Made by a program: the position numbers and the translations under genes. A stretch of 64,000 nt of DNA from Phoronis australis (lineage: Eukaryota; Animalia; Phoronida): assembly GCA_002633005.1 (NCBI GenBank), contig NMRA01000024.1:704246-768245 (forward strand), read 5' to 3'. The notes under the pieces were generated by a model that was not told where the DNA came from, did no database searches, and saw nothing but the letters and a program-made list of their open reading frames with translations. Below, piece by piece: positions 1-11,238 of the stretch. Within the stretch, counting starts at the first letter, position 1, and each line of letters starts with the position of its first letter.

Positions 1-2280
1 AAATTAATAAATGCGTAAAAGCTACTTCAAATGGTTTTGTTAACTTACTGTTTGCATTTTGTTTTTGTATTCAATGTCTTGTTTTATGCTGACCATCTTT
101 ATTTGTTTTTTTGGACATCGTGGCAAAGTCACGTGATTATTTTGTTCCAAAAAATAGTTTAGACAATATTAATAATCACCTTATTTTAGCTTGAAACATT
201 AGTTCTTCGAACAATTTTTACAGGTGATACAAAACTCTTGACTAGCCTCTCTGGCTTGTGTTATCATTTCAAAGTATTTAGGATGGATGAGATATGATAT
301 AGTTTCATTAACAAATTTTCTGTTGCATTCTGGATTATAGAGTCTAAAAGTAAGTAACAGATTTAATTTCTCATTGTGGTGGAGTGCAAATTATTTGTTG
401 CATTCAGAGACCTCTGGTCACTGGGGTATTTCATCATGTCATCATCTGTTTTTTGTTAAATGTGTGTTTTTTCAGTCTTTTGGCTTAATTCTGGATTCTT
501 TTTCTCTTTGCTTATTTGACTGTTTTAAGAATTTTATGTTTTGTTTTTGTGTGTTTTAACCTGTTTTTCTTGTGCGTGACATTTTGTTTTTACATTTGTG
601 TTATGCATGGATATCTGTTTAGTTTTATTAGCTGATGAAAAGCAATGCAATGCTGGTTTGAGGCACATGGACTAATGTATGGACAAAATGCTGTAGTTTG
701 GATGGAGGTAACTGGTTCATCTAGGATTTCAAAAATAATGCATCCAAAATGGGTTTCATTATTTGTCAAGGCATCCATGACCCAATGGCACGTCACTGTG
801 TTTGCATGACCCCAAGTGAAATTACTGTTATGCTGTAATATGATACTGTGGATACTTGAGTCTACAATAATGTTTATCGCCATGTTTTAAGTTTTTTATC
901 GTGGACAGGCCCCCCGAGCTTGGGAGACCTTCTGCTATTGAGTTAAAGAGTCATCCACGCTTGCTGAACAGGGCGTCCTAGCTAGGGTGGCTAAATATGA
1001 GCCAGAATGTCAATTTGGATAGCTGCGAGGTGGAGGCCTGAATTTGTGACAGTCTCTAAAATTAGGAAACCAAAATTCATGTTTTTTATTTTGAAGGTTG
1101 GGACATGGACGATTTTTGCCATTCATCAGGGCATTGTGTTTTGTATCAACAGAGTATGATAGACTTGACAGTTCGTATCGTTGCTGTGTCCCCATGAATA
1201 ATCAACTATCGTTGATTGCAGTTCTTGAATTTGGAACCGCCAATATTGCCTATTTCTAAAATTTGGTGTAACTTTGAGCAAAATAAATTTATTTTGATGG
1301 TGCCCAAACTGAAGAATATTTACATCATGTGTTTTACCTGCCTTTGTGAACTTTTTGCTCCACCGTACTCGTTTATATAGTTTTTGTGTACAACATCTCG
1401 TTTAACATGTCAGTGAGAGTGACCAGTCCGGTGTGTGTTTGGAGAGTGAACACACATTGGGTAACCTGTCTTTCTTCCTCACGAACTCTGCACTTGTTCT
1501 CCGTAACACTGTTCCATTGCCATGAATGCAATTCCGTTGTCATGAACTGTATTCTCTTTCTCATTTATTATAATTGTGTTCATATGAACACATTTCTTAC
1601 CTCCTGACCTGTATCTTACAGTGCCTTTGATACAAAGTACCTAGCATGTTCCACTCATGTCTCTCTTGTGGAATCGTATAAAATATGGATCTTGAGAAAA
1701 GCTATTTTTTGTAAGAGAGGAAATGGGGTTCTAGTTCTCCTGCAGGAAAGTAAGCTTGTAAGAAAATATCGTATTCATGAGTATATTACTGGTGAATACA
1801 CCGGTGCGGTTCATGAGACAAGAAGACTACCCTCGCACAAACAGTGTTTCACCAACCTTTGTGTACACTTAACCAGCATCCTGAACTTAAGCCCCTGTCG
1901 CTCATATAATTCACAGAATAAGATTTTTATAGAAGATAGCACTTTTTGTTTTACAAACTGGCTGCTTCAAATTTTGGTGAAAATGCTGGCATGATTATGA
2001 TTTTTGTTCCATTTCAAAATTCATTTATAATCAATGTTTTGTTTTTTTTGTGACACTGTATGTAGTATACAATGTGTTTGCCAAGTTAATGCGTTTGCCA
2101 AGTTAATGCGCTTAGCTACTTGTGAAGGTGTGTTGAAATAAACGTCCATATCCGTTTAACGCTCTGAGTAAAACTTAAGAAACACATACTTGGTCATTTG
2201 ATTTTAGCAAAGGTGTATACTAATGTTAAGTTAAAAATATTGTTTTTTCTCTTTATAATGCTTCAATTACCTCTTTTCAG

Positions 2281-2393
2281 AGCTGGAGTATCAATATGTC
2301 ACTTGTGGCTCAACACTAAAACTGGTCAATGTGCAGAATCACGTGCGTCTACATTCCCACGATGTCAAGTACGGGTCAGGTAGTGGTCAGCAG
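2281..2393 (+). CDS. SDF2: SDF2 exon (VTCGS...GSGSGQQ)
   Basis: Acceptor ctcttttcag ends at 2280; donor gtcagt at 2394. Confidence 0.93.
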
Positions 2394-5117
2394 GTCAGTA
2401 TTGTTGTCCGTTGGGGTCCAGTGTTGTCGTACTGTCTGACGCACTTATGGAGTGTTGTGTTACCTGCTTAGGGATTCTCCCGAGGAAGTGGTAGGGAGAT
2501 TTGCCCTTGGTCTGGATTTTGAGTGCACTGCACCATCTCCCTAGCCACTATGTGGAAGAAAAGCCAGCAATAGTCACTAACAGTGGTCAAAATTTTTAGA
2601 ACCAGTTAGGTGCCTGTTGTTCGGTGGCGAAAACTGGTTTTCAAAATGCGGGGACCCTTGCATGTGACTTATTACTGAAAAGCTTGATACTTGTGAAATA
2701 ATTTACCCAAATAGATTATTGCCAAAGGGAACATTTTGTGGGGGTTGATAGTTTATTTGTAGCATGATTAATGAGTGCTGAGATTTGTCATCAGTTTACT
2801 GCATATGTCCTCGTTTCATGCATGCCTCAAGCAGCCAAAACTTATGTTTTGTAGACGTGATTCTAACCTTGATGGGGATTTTTTAATCATTGGAGGGACA
2901 TTTTATGGGACTGATGAGGGGAGTTTCACGTCATTTTCAAACATATTTTTAGAGCAGAATGGGTCCACTGTTTAGCCCCAAAATCGAGGATCATGGTGGT
3001 CCAAATCAAAACTGTTTCCTTGACAGGAAGCACGTAGCACCGTAAAATTTCCCGGCTCATTTTTCATTGGTGCACCTGGAGGTCAGATACAGTAGTGAAC
3101 ATGGTGACTGAGTTTATTTCTTTCCCTTTCAGTCGGTGACCGCAGTAGAGTCCACAGATGACCATAACAGTTACTGGCAGATAAAGCCGAAGATGGGAGC
3201 TGAGTGTGAACGAGGGTAAAGTAGAAATTTATTTTGAAAAGACGTGGTATCAGTAGTCTTTTAAAAAAATATGTTTTGATTTTTAGTATACTTAGCAATG
3301 TAAACAATTTTTTTGCAATTGTAACAATATGCAAATTAAAACCTCATTTTCCTTAGTAAATGGCAATCCAAACATCATCACATATTGAGGAGACAATGTG
3401 ATTTAGTGGTTTGAGCTCCAGACTCCATCTGGGTGACCCTGGTTCGAGTCCTGGCTTTACTGGCTGAAAATCAAGCATTGCACAAAAGGTGTCTCCCACT
3501 GCTCTGAGCTCCATTTTACAAATGAATGTATGCACGGGTGTGAATGAGAACCTGGATATAATGAGAAAGCGATTTCCGGGGCTGTGCTCATATTAAGAAA
3601 ATTACATATTTATATAAATCATTTTTTTAATTCTCATTTTGGCCATGATACCTTTTTGTCCGAGCATTATGAATCATTTTAATTATTACTTTTGTCCCAA
3701 TATGATGAGATTTTCTCATACTTCTTGTTCACCAGGAAACCCATCAAGTGTGGTCAGACCATCCGGCTACTTCACCTGACCACGCACAAAATGTTACACA
3801 GTCATCATTTCAACTCACCACTCTCTCATAACCTGGAGGTGAGCGCGTTCGGAGACAATGGCGTGGGTGACGAAGGTAGGCACAGTATCTGTCTTGAAGA
3901 GATTCGTCGTTTACTAACGAGTGTTGTACTCCATAATTCGTCTTGCATGACCTTTCACTACACGTACATTAATTTGGTTTGTTTTCAGGTTTTGATAGGT
4001 AGCATTCGTGTTGACTTTCTTCTTTCAGAAAATATATACCTTTACTGAGTTTTAAGCAATGGTTTTTGTGTAGACTTGGCTTAATACGCACCCTGGTCTG
4101 TAAGGTCTTAACATAATGGTAGGACACCTAAACTAACATTGTTTATCTCTGATGTGTGTGCTTTCTCTGTACTTAAAACTCTATGCTTAATGTGTGTGGT
4201 ACCTCAAGAGTTGCATTGCTGTTTTTGGAAAAGGCAACATAAACTGACATTTTGATTTCCAACCACTATTTGCAGGTGACCACTGGGCGGTGATCTGCTC
4301 GGGCCAGTACTGGACGAGGGAGGGAAAAGTACGGCTAAAACACACAGTGACAGATCAGTGAGTAGTTTTGCACCTCATGTCAGCTGACGCGGTGTTGGGA
4401 AGAGATAAGGTTTACTACTACTGTGAAACTTTGTGTTGATTGAGGGGGCGGAGATGAAAATGCTGTCAATCAGGGTGTTCCCCGTCCCCACTCAAGCAAG
4501 CCTATGTTTACTGTCGTAAAACGGCACCTGTTACAAGAATTGAGTTTTAAAATTCAACCACTCCTCACTGTAAAATTGGTCTTGGATTTTTCCTTAGTCA
4601 ACTTGGAGGGATTTCTAGGCTTGGAAGGAATGCCTGCCGCTTTTGCTCGAGTGCAGACTCAGCAACTGGGCTTGTCATTTTCTGCGTTGAATGTTGTTCA
4701 AGCAATAGTGAATTATGTTTACTCCAAGGTCAGAAACCTGTTCTCATCTGAGTTGGTTCAAGTTGAGATCAGTTTTATAGTTGCATGTGGTTTAAATGAA
4801 AAGGAACGTGCATTTACACACTGTAGAAAGGTACTTAGCCTTTGGAAAATGCAGAAAGTACAATTTTGTCAAATATTTTTGATTCATATAAATGTAGAAT
4901 TATTGCACTTTATTTGTATAAAATGTGTCCATTGCTGTGTCATTCTAGCTACCTACACGTTACTGGTGACACCTATGGACGACCCATTCATGGTCAAAGG
5001 GAGGTGTCGGCCTATCATAGCGTTCATGAAGGCAACTACTGGAAGGCTGCCGAGGGCATATTTGTTAAACCGTCGGATGTACCCCTCGGATTTCGTGACA
5101 TTCATGACGAGTTGTAG
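2281..5117 (+). CDS. SDF2: Stromal cell-derived factor 2 / SDF2-like MIR-domain ER protein (5'-partial; exons 2281-2393, 3133-3215, 3736-3875, 4276-4357, 4949-5117)
   Basis: GT-AG exons join in frame to give LEYQYVTCGSTLKLVNVQNHVRLHSHDVKYGSGSGQQ|SVTAVESTDDHNSYWQI...CERG|KPIKCGQTIRLLHLTTHKMLHSHHFNSPLSHNLEVSAFGDNGVGDEG|DHWAVICSGQYWTREGKVRLKHTVTDH|YLHVTGDTYGRPIHGQREV...NYWKAAEGIFVKP...HDEL*. These are hallmark SDF2/SDF2L1 motifs with a C-terminal ER-retention signal. The signal-peptide exon was not identified. Confidence 0.96.
3133..3215 (+). CDS. SDF2: SDF2 exon (SVTAVE...CERG)
   Basis: Acceptor tttccctttcag; donor gtaaag; phases 0/2 fit the neighbouring exons. Confidence 0.93.
3387..3615 (+). 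mobile_element. Degenerate tRNA-derived SINE in an SDF2 intron
   Basis: A-box-like tgatttagtgg, B-box ggttcgagtcc, and an AT-rich tail after aaagcg... Confidence 0.5.
3736..3875 (+). CDS. SDF2: SDF2 exon (KPIKCGQ...GDEG)
   Basis: Acceptor ttcaccag; donor gtaggc; contains the LHSHHF MIR motif. Confidence 0.93.
4276..4357 (+). CDS. SDF2: SDF2 exon (DHWAVIC...KHTVTDH)
   Basis: Acceptor tttgcag; donor gtgagt. Confidence 0.93.
4949..5117 (+). CDS. SDF2: SDF2 terminal coding exon ending HDEL*
   Basis: Acceptor cattctag; stop TAG at 5115-5117. Confidence 0.95.
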
Positions 5118-6674
5118 CCAGCTGCCAGGACGTTTAGTAGAGATGGCGCTGTTGATGAAATTGGCCACGATGTTGCAACTTGAGAAATTGCGTCGGTGTT
5201 TTGTTGTTATGGCTGTTATTTCATACATTCTTTAGGAAGACATGCGTGTTTCTGGTTGAGGCTTTCAGTGAACAGTGTTTGTTAAACAGTTACAATGCTC
5301 TCAGGAAGGCTTTTTCATTCTGTAAACTAACATTTGCGGTGATAACAACTTTAGTGGATGCTGTGATCTTTTCTCCACTCAAAAATATTACGTTGTAAAT
5401 GTGTGCACCATCAACCTTTCATTTTGATATCTGCATCATGATTTTTATTGAGATTCGGTTTTCTTAAAATTCAAGTTAATTTAATCCTTAATGCTTGTTG
5501 TATTTTCAAACTGCTAATGGTTATCAAACATTTGTTGTAGCCACGTCATGTTAAGATATGAACCGTATGTACTCTGTTGTAGGTGATTTGTCATCTCTAG
5601 TCTTGTGCTTGAGCTTGGCGCACCATTGAACCCGTGCTTTCTGTGAAAAATAAGTTTCGATTCAGGTCATCATTAGGAAATTGGCTTCAGATTGTTCCTT
5701 TGTCAAAATAGGTGTGATGTCTGGGTTTGAATAGGACTGATGCTTTGCTTCAGATCAAGCTTGTACAATTTAGAGTCATGGCGGGTTCCAAAATTTCATG
5801 ACAGCTTGGACTGAAAAAAATAGTGAACTGTTAGCACTTCCTGAGCTGTGACACCCCCTCTAAACTAAGTTTGGTATAGTGGTAGGTGACCTGAATTAAA
5901 ATTTGTATAGAAAGCATGGATATAATGTTGATATAACACTTACCATATAAAATACGATGTGACCAACGGGGAAGCACTTGTTTTTACACGAAATGTCTAT
6001 TGATGTTCAAGTGTTACTGATACAACTGTTGCTTATGTGTTTTATTTGGATTTAATTTAAATCTCAGACTGGTGTAATTTTAGCAGAATGTTGTAATTAG
6101 GAGTAATGTTAAGGGTTTTGTATTTTTGTGTATGCACTACCAAGTTTGGTTAAAATACCTCCTATTAATGTGATTGGATTTCTGTAAGCAACTGGTGGTC
6201 CTGGTACTTCACTGGACTAGAGCATCTGCACGGTCACCTGAAAGAACTGGGATCAAGCTCCCGTTGGGACCTATCTTTTTGGGCTTAACTATAGGCCTAC
6301 ATATGCTGTGTAAGGAGTGTAATAATTCTTACTTACAATGTTTACTGTTGTATATATCAATCCTGTGTCATTTGAAACACAGTCTTTAGTGATGAATCTG
6401 CGCCAGTATGGGTGTAACCTAATTTCTTATTTTAGGTTGATCTTGGGTTGGCATGAATCTTGATTTTCTTGGAACAAGTTTTGTAGTAATGAGTTAGAAG
6501 CTCACTAGGTGGTGCTACTTAAGTAATGGTCATAGGCTAGACCAAAATCCTGGTACCCATGTTTTAGAGCTTTGTTAAAAATAGATCCTAACGAAGTGTC
6601 TTAGCAGAGCAAACAACCTTCCCTGTTAAAAGGAAAATCTGAAATGGGAAAAACATACCTTTCATAGTAATCAN

Positions 6675-9005
6675 ACACAGTGACAGATCAGTGAGTAGTT
6701 GTACACCTCATGTCAACTGACGCGGTGTTGGGAAGAGATAAGGTTTACTACTACCTGTGAAACTTTGTGGTGATTGAGGGGGCGGAGATGAAAATGTTGT
6801 CAATCAGGGTGTTGGGCTCGCGTTTGTTCCCTCTCCCCACTCAAGCAAGCCTATGTTTACTGTCGTAAAACAACACCTGTTACAAGAAACAAGTTTTAAA
6901 ATTCAACCACTCCTCACTGTAACATTGGTCTTGGATTTTTCGTTAGTCAAATTGGAGGGATTTCTAGGCTTGGAAGGAATGCCTGCCGCTTTTGCTCGAG
7001 TCCAGACTCAGCAACTGGGTTTGTCATTTTGTGCGTTGAATGTTATTCAAGCAATAGCGAGTTATGTTTACTCCAAGGTCAGAAACCTGTTCTCATCTGA
7101 GTTGGTTCAAGTTGAGATCAGTTTTGTAGTTGCATGTGGTTTAAATGAAAAGGAACGTAGATTTACAAACTGTAGAAAGGTACTTAGCCTTTGGAGAATG
7201 CAGAAAGTACAATTTTGTCAAATATTTTTGATTCACATTAATATATAATTAATGTACTTTTGTATAAAATGTGTCCGTTGCTGTGTCATTCTAGCTACCT
7301 ACACGTTACTGGTGACACCTATGGACGACCCATTCATGGTCAAAGGGAGGTGTCGGCCTATCATAGCGTTCATGAAGGCAACTACTGGAAGGCTGCCGAG
7401 GGCATATTTGTTAAACCGTCGGACGTACCCCTCGGATTTCGTGACATTCATGACGAGTTGTAGCCAGCTGCCAGGACGCTGTTGATGAAATTGGCCACGA
7501 TGTTGCAACTTGAGAAATTGCGTCGGTGTTTTGTTGTTATGGCTGTTATTTCATACATTCTTTAGGAAGACATGCGTGTTTCTGGTTGAGGCTTTCAGTG
7601 AACAGTGTTTGTTAAACAGTTACAATGCTCTCAGGAAGGCTTTTTTTCATTCTGCAAACTAACATTTACGGTGGTAACAACTTTAGTGGATGCTGTGATC
7701 TTTTCTCCACTCAAAACTATTCCATTGTAAATGTGTGCACCATCAACCTTTCATTTTGATATCTGCGTCATGATTTTTATTGAGATTCGATTTTCCTAAA
7801 ATTCAAGTTAATTTAATCCTTAATGCTTGTTGTATTTTCAAACTGCTACTGGTTATCAAACATTTGTTGTAGTCACGTCATGTTAAGATATGAACCGTAT
7901 GTACTCTGTTGTAGGTGATTTGTCATCTCTAGTCTTGTGCTTGAGCTTGGCGCACCATTGAACCCGTGCTTTCTGTGAAAAATAAGTTTCGATTTAGGTC
8001 ATCATTAGGAAATTGGCTTCAGATTGTTCCTTTGCCAAAATAGGTGTGATGTCTGGGTTTGAATGGGACTGACGATTTGCTTCAGATCAAGCTTGTACAA
8101 TTTAGAGTCATGACGGGATCCAAAATTTCATGACAGCTTGGACTGAAAAAAATAGTGAACTGTTAGCACTTCCTGAGCTGTGACACCCCCTCTAAACTAA
8201 GTTTGGTATAGTGGTAGGTGACCTGAATTAAAATTTGTATAGAAAGCATGGATATAATGTTGATATAACACTTACCATATAAAATACGATGTGACCAACG
8301 GGGAAGCACTTGTTTTTACACGAAATGTCTATTGATGTTCAAGTGTTACTGATACAACTGTTGCTTATGTGTTTTATTTGGATTTAATTTAAATCTCAGA
8401 CTGGTGTAATTTTAGCAGAATGTTGTAATTAGGAGTAATGTTAAGGGTTTTGTATTTTTGTGTATGCACTACCAAGTTTGGTTAAAATACCTCCTATTAA
8501 TGTGATTGGATTTCTGTAAGCAACTGGTGGTCCTGGTACTTCACTGGACTAGAGCATCTGCACGGTCACCTGAAAGAACTGGGATCAAGCTCCCGTTGGG
8601 AATTATCTTTTTGGGCTTAACTATAGGCCTACATATGCTGTGTAAGGAGTGTAATAATTCTTACTTACAATGTTTACTGTTGTATATATCAATCCTGTGT
8701 CATTTGAAACACAGTCTTTAGTGATGAATCTGCGCCAGTATGGGTGTAACCTAATTTCTTATTTTAGGTTGATCTTGGGTTGGCATGAATCTTGATTTTC
8801 TTGGAACAAGTTTTGTAGTAATGAGTTAGAAGCTCACTAGGTGGTGCTACTTAAGTAATGGTCATAGGCTAGACCAAAATCCTGGTACCCATGTTTTAGA
8901 GCTTTGTTAAAAATAGATCCTAACGAAGTGTCTTAGCAGAGCAAACAACCTTCCCTGTTAAAAGGAAAATCTGAAATGGGAAAAACATACCTTTCATAGT
9001 AATCA
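6675..9005 (+). repeat. Second copy of 4342-6673 (includes SDF2 last exon at 7295-7463); probable alternate haplotype
   Basis: Near-identical tandem copy that begins right after the single N at 6674, starting mid-exon. Differences are scattered SNPs and small indels; the exon protein is identical. Confidence 0.9.
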
Positions 9006-10086
9006 TGCATACCAAGGTTTTTGGCCATGGTCACCTCCCGTCTGAACTTTTGTTAGCGCCACCTGGTGTACACAGAATTTCTCGTGTTTGGACAATTATC
9101 ACTTTTCATTACATTTTATAACACAGTTCATTACATTATGTGTATTTCATTCCCCAAAGTTTTTCACCTAACATGTAATTGTTTCTAAAATATTTGGAAT
9201 TATATAATTTGTTGTTACAATTTCTTGATTTATTTCAGTAGTGTGTTGGCATTTTTGTGTCAACAGAAATTTCATTCACACAGTTAGTGAGAAAACTTAT
9301 TGGCAAAAGCAAATTAAAAGGCATCTGTTTTGCCTTGGTTTCAACATGCATTGATTTGTTTTGAAGCGAATAATTAATTGCCCAGACTAGAAAAAAATGT
9401 TAAATCTTTCTTCCTGCGTTATTCTAGTCATCCAGTGAGAAAAACGAGTTGTTTTGCATACAGCTGTTCTGCACTTAAATGTGATTCCTGGATGCAGGAT
9501 TGGCCTTTGGTTTTTAAGGCAGCTCTGCATAGGGGTACTCTGGTCATTTTTTCCGTGGGCTTACTTGCGATCGTGGCAAAGAGAATCGGAACATCTGGGA
9601 GGCTAATTCTATTTTGGGAGTATGCTAAGCAGCACGTATAGAGGGGAGCTGTGTTTAGATTGATTTGAATTGAAGAGGATTCTGGTTTATTTTAAAGCAA
9701 AGCTACTGTAAAAGGAATTTTAACATAAGATAGTGTAGGGAAATATTTTCTCGCTTGACGCGGTTTCAAATAAAATTCGCTACAAAAATCTAAAGACACG
9801 AAACTGTAGTGTACGAAGTTTTTTTAGGTAATTAATGGCATAAGCGGATTTAGGGGGGCCAAGGGGTCCGCCCCCCTCTTGGCGGCAGCGTGAAGAAATT
9901 CATATCGAGTGCACTTGGAACGGCAGCGGGGACGCCCCGAGCTTTTTTTTGTCCTCTGGTAGAATTTGGGCACACTAGGGTCCACGTCGCCGTCCCCCGC
10001 AACTTTAAAGGTGGTCTGGAGTAAGTAGGAACTGCACGTTCTTTCTAAGTGTAGAAGTCACTTTCTTTTTGCGTCTAGGTTGAGAC

Positions 10087-10410
10087 CAGTGTTGTAACGG
10101 CTAGTGGTCGTAAACTCGCGGGTTAAAGCCCATAACCCGGGTAATCATCCATCTCCGACTTTTTGTCAGTTTTAGGTTTAAGCGCCCACTTCTTGAGTAA
10201 TCAGTCACCCACCCTCTGTCTCGTTTTTTTTCAGTTTAAGCGCCCAGGGCCCAGTCCTGTAATAGTAAAATTTGAGGTAAGTAAGCGCCCAAAGCCCACC
10301 GTATCACATTGACCACTGAACGTAACTGACCGTGCGTACTAGGCGCTACGTTCAAATGCAAAAAGGTGGTTGGCTACGCCTACGTGCGCCTACGCCCCAT
10401 TACAACACTG
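10087..10410. mobile_element. hAT-like MITE (TIR CAGTGTTGTAA...TTACAACACTG)
   Basis: 11-bp terminal inverted repeats starting CAGTG and internal repeated taagcgccc motifs. No 8-bp TSD visible. Confidence 0.5.
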
Positions 10411-11149
10411 TCAGGCCCTCAACTTGCGAGTTTACGGCAGTTTCTTTGACTGAAATCGGGACCAGATGCTGATTCAGTTTATATTATTTTGCATTTAATA
10501 TCAACTAACTCCAAATTACGGTGAAAGCTGTATTGCACCCTGATCTCGCCTTCTGTCCTTGCTGTGGTTGTTGTGGACGTGGACCGAGGGCAGGACCTGG
10601 TAGGCCGGTGGTAGTAGAGGTGGTGTGCTTGATCTTCTTCTGGAGACGAGACGCTGGCTGGATGGCAACAGCGTTATTGACATCGTAGGTCAGCCAAGAT
10701 CATCGAAACCATCAGCTACTTATAAAAATGGGGTTGTCATAAAATCCGGGAATTTGAAAATGCAGCATCTCGATGTAGCCTACGCATTACCTGTGACTTG
10801 AGTTGGTAACACAGATAGGGTTCCATCGTGGTAAGGAATATCAATGAGAAAAAGATGAGAGAAAAGGGTCCAAATCGATTTCCATGTTTTGTGCAGCAAA
10901 ACGTTGCAAAATGCAGTAACACAAATGTGCTAACGTTGTAAGAAAATAGGTAATCTTTGTTTTGAGATATTTTATAGTACAAACGGTTAATATTTTCTTG
11001 TGATTTGTAGATCCTTCAAAATAAATCAAGTGATAACAGAAAACAATTCTTTTTGGTAGGGTGAAGTCCCTAACGATCGAATACAATATGATTTGCATTC
11101 AATTCTCGATGTTAAAGTTTCGACTTCGTTGAATTTTCAGGCAACTCGC

Positions 11150-11238
11150 TCAGCATCTTCCTTTGTGCTTGATAGAGACAACTTTCTCGCCTTCCTGACG
11201 TCTTTTGCAGTTAGACGCCCTCAAATAGCAAGAATTGC
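11150..11238 (-). CDS. Kazal A terminal exon
   Basis: Acceptor tattttag; encodes NSCYLRASNC...HKGRC then TGA. Confidence 0.93.

Noticed and set aside
234-349. Exon-like segment (tttacag| ... aaa|gtaagt) as the SDF2 signal-peptide exon
   Set aside because: The phase-compatible frame contains TGA shortly after its ATG and has no hydrophobic core. The true first exon is probably upstream of the window.
4504-5235. 243-aa ORF (and its echo 6853-7485)
   Set aside because: Mostly SDF2 intron plus an out-of-frame reading of the last exon. It is broken by a stop in the other allele.
5540-5548. UPRE/XBP1-like gccacgtca near an ER-stress gene
   Set aside because: It lies in the 3' UTR region, is short enough to be chance, and is altered in the other allele.
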